Shown here: piece after piece, positions 60,302-64,000 of the stretch
How the letters are laid out: every line of letters starts with the position of its first letter
Numbering within the stretch: position 1 is the stretch's first letter
Assembly (NCBI GenBank): GCA_964016885.1
Contig: OZ024745.1
Location: forward strand, 86,366,001 to 86,430,000
Direction: 5' to 3'
Source of the DNA: Eledone cirrhosa
Lineage: Eukaryota
DNA length: 64,000 bases
Translations under genes and position numbers: made by a program
The notes under the pieces: model-generated
Told to the model about the DNA's origin: nothing
The model's input: only the letters and a program-made list of their open reading frames with translations
Database searches by the model: none

Positions 60302-62053
60302 GATGTCTGGGGAATGGGTTGTAGTACTTGCCTCAGTGAGCTATGTCTGCATTGTTTAGGATGTAAACAGTGGCTTGTTGTGATGATATGATATAGTTAC
60401 CTCTTGTTCATCATCATCATTTTATGTCCATTTTTCCATGCTTGCACAAGTTGGACGTGTCTTTTCCAGCATAGCTTTCTTCCATTTGTTACATGTCTTT
60501 GACATCTCTTCTGTGAGGTTCTGCAATTTGAAATCAGTTTTCACCTACTCCCACACCAGGTATTAAGTAGTTTCAAGGGCTTAGAAACAACCAGTCACAT
60601 GCCAAGATACTCAACAAACAGGTTTAGCACCTATTGATTAAAAATTGCATGATATGGGTTGAACTTTTTATCAGTGTGATAAAATTGAATTTCTATAAAA
60701 TTTATTGTGTGGCAAGGGAGTGACGACCATATCTTTAACAACTAATGAAATTCTTTTGAAGTTTCCATTGCTACAACCTAAGTTGTTCAATTATGCGGAA
60801 TCTTGATATGTTATCTTGTAGCTTCCAATTTTGTAATGTTGAAAAGCAGATTTGATGTTTGAAATATATTAAAAAAAATATTTGTATTGGTTTTCACAAC
60901 ACTGAACAATATTCTAGATTTACAATTGATTTATTTGGTTATACTTGTTCCATAAAAAGACCAGCCTTATTGAACTGTGTTATTCAGTGATTATTTATCT
61001 GCTAGTACTTTGTAATGTAAACATTTGCAGTCTTATTTATTGACAGTCTGAACATTATGTATTCTACTCTGCAGATATTTATTATTAAACTGTCTAACCC
61101 ATGCTAGCGTGGAAGATGGACGTTAAACGAAGATGATGATAATGATGATGATGATGATGATAAACACAGCTGATGGTTAATACATCAAAATTTTGTTGTG
61201 ATAAGAAAACTAAATAGTGTTTGGTGAATGCTAATAGTAGGAACAGAAATGATGCAAAATTTTTAATGGGCTGACAGGGAATTATATCTTTAGATGCACC
61301 AGCTGTACTGGAATAGCTAGAAATATATGCACTAATGAAATGACTACTACATATTTTACAGATGTATTTCTGAAAGTAGTAAAGTTTTATCTTGATATAA
61401 TTAGAATTGTAGTGAAGATAGTAATAACAGTTGTGGTTTTGTTGAGAATTGGAGCTGGTTTAAAAGTTTAACTACCTATTTCAAAACAAGATGTTTTCAG
61501 AAAAAAATGTGGTGCTGCATGCTGTTAGGGATCCACATCTCCTCCCCCCCACGTTTTCATGGCAGCCTGGAGGCAATCCATAATACTACAAATGATGCCT
61601 TAGTCTGGATCACCAATCTCGATCTGTCTCTCACTAACCATTGTGCATATATCATATGACAAGAAGGTTTAATTCATATAAGAAATGTGTAGGGACCCTG
61701 ATTTGATTGGCATTAAGTTTAATCTTCTATTGCTATCCTCTAAAGTTAATAAGGGCTGGTCACTTATTGATTTCTTCTCTGATCATTGAAAGGTGAATGA
61801 ATTAACTCTCTGGCTAAAATGATAGGTTATGTTTTTTTATCCCTTGTTTCTATATATTTCCAATTCCAATTACCTTGCACAGCTGATAATTAAATAGATG
61901 TATTGACATTAATCATTCTGAAGTTAAGGAACCAAGGAGAAAAGATTGTTTTGTAGTCTAATTAAAAATTGAATTATTATAACAACAAAGTAAAAATTAT
62001 ATGGTGTGTGTGTTTCTTGCTATTGGCACATTTGGCAACATACTACTTTGACG

Positions 62054-62405
62054 CTAAACTCTGCCAGTTGCAGACTGCGCATCAACATGAGATATTTTTC
62101 TCCACAAAGTTCGATCACCAACAGCAGAGTTTAAAAAGCAAAGATCAAGTCTAGTCCATAGGTTGACATTATCAAGCCATCGTTTTGGCTGCTGGCCTCT
62201 GCTTCTCTTACCAGCCAACCTTCCTTCCAGGCATAACCGACTCACACCATGAGTTGATCTTTTTATATGGCCGTATAGTTTGAGTACTCTTGATTTGACA
62301 ACTGATGTAACTGTTCTGAGTCTGGTAATGTTGAGCAACTCACTGATACAGATATGGTCACTGAGCCGCTTGCCAGTCATAAGTCTCATGATGTGGTTCT
62401 GGAAT
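62054..62405 (-). mobile_element. 3' fragment of another RTE-clade LINE
   Basis: LKLYGHIKRS...LEGRLAGKRSRGQQPKRWLDNV is the typical RTE C-terminus. Confidence 0.75.
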
Positions 62406-62955
62406 GTAGAGGGCTTCTGAAGTGTATATCCTGTAGCTCCTAAATCTGTTTTGATATATATTGGCAACATAACCATCCCCAAATATAACAATTACATTAG
62501 TTTTTATTTAAGGTGATAGCTTGGCCAGCACTAACTCTTACAAATATACCACTATTTAGTCAAGCAAATACGACTTAGTGCTGTGTACATATTAGAATAT
62601 AATATGCAGTCATACATTTGGTAAATACCCTTGTAAAAACATTTTTCATTTAGATATTTAATAATTTCTAATCTAGTCACAGTCTACAATTGGTGGGGAA
62701 GGGGATGTAGATTATATTGACCCCCAGTATTTGACTGGTTCTATCTTATAGACCCTTGAACGACAAAAGGTAGAGTTAACCGTAGTAGAATTTGTAAGAA
62801 ATGGGCAATTTTTGTAAAGCATTCTGTCCAGTGCTCTGATTCTGCCAATTCTCTACTCTTATAAATTATCTTATAATGAATTATGTTTTAAAATTTCATA
62901 ATCTTTTTGATAAGGAAACCGTTGACCCATTTTATTTATCTTTAAAAAAAATTAG

Positions 62956-63219
<264 letters not shown>

Positions 63220-64000
63220 TGAAGAGTTTATTTTTACCTTCCATCATATCAGTTTATATGCAAAGGACAAATTTGAACTCGGCATAAATTATTTTGTATA
63301 TATTACTAAAATGGACAGCTCAGTCATTAAGTATTGTATTGTATTAATTTATTTTATATCCTAGATATTGTGAATAGCATCATCATTTCCAATAAGCCAA
63401 TTACTAGTTCATTGCATTACCAATGGTGAGAGTGACTCTGGTGTGTCTGTTCCTCTTGGCTGGATGGAATATATGCTGCAAGAAATTGTACAAAAAATTG
63501 TAACCAACACGAGCTAAAGACACTTAAAGAAAACGACTTCCAGTATTGCTACGATTATTGGGGAAAACGGAACCACTGTGTGGTTTTCCAAGGGTCGTAT
63601 TTTTAAGGAGATAACTTGAATTTCATGTACGTCTACTATGCATTTAAATAAAACATCAGTACCCTTACTTCTGGGACAAACCTCATGTTTATTTATCTTG
63701 ACTTTTGACTAGATTTAGGAGTACAATCATTTTTATCAATCTTATGAATAAAAGCTGTTTGTATTCTAAAATATTCACTTTTTATTGTAGAGAAAGGAAA
63801 TTTAAAATTAATACAAGAAAGCAACTTTTAAAAAAAAAATCAAAATCTTATATTTCCAAGAAGGTAATTATAATTCTCTGTCTACAAAACTGGTACTTGG
63901 CTCTAGTTTTATGGCAGTAGTATTCCAGAATATACCTACCTTTTCCTGATAATTTGAAGAGCTAAGCTGTGTGAAACCAAGTATACTTCTCAAATACAGT

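Overview
Repeat-dense eukaryotic (metazoan) DNA. The (TA)n/(TATG)n microsatellites, RTE LINEs and Deu-domain SINEs suggest an octopus or other coleoid cephalopod, which is inference only. The single host gene is the spliceosomal DEAH helicase DHX15/Prp43 (+ strand): seven coding exons between 47636 and 63214, start exon not located, gene continues past the window. The rest is microsatellite, a 200-N gap, a CR1-like LINE, several RTE LINEs (one with a nearly intact ORF), SINEs, MITEs, Helitrons and a deleted mariner. Many of these are nested in a 14.5-kb stack (28177-42733). The main find is a 6.3-kb array (9531-15848) of a highly structured 465-bp unit, each copy carrying a canonical type I hammerhead ribozyme (13 full-length copies plus 1 truncated). 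It forms two divergent arms whose junction looks like a twin-priming inversion and sits inside (TA)n: a candidate retrozyme/circular-RNA satellite. Four other unrelated Penelope-type hammerhead motifs lie in the first 31 kb. All structures were read by eye; nothing was computed or searched.
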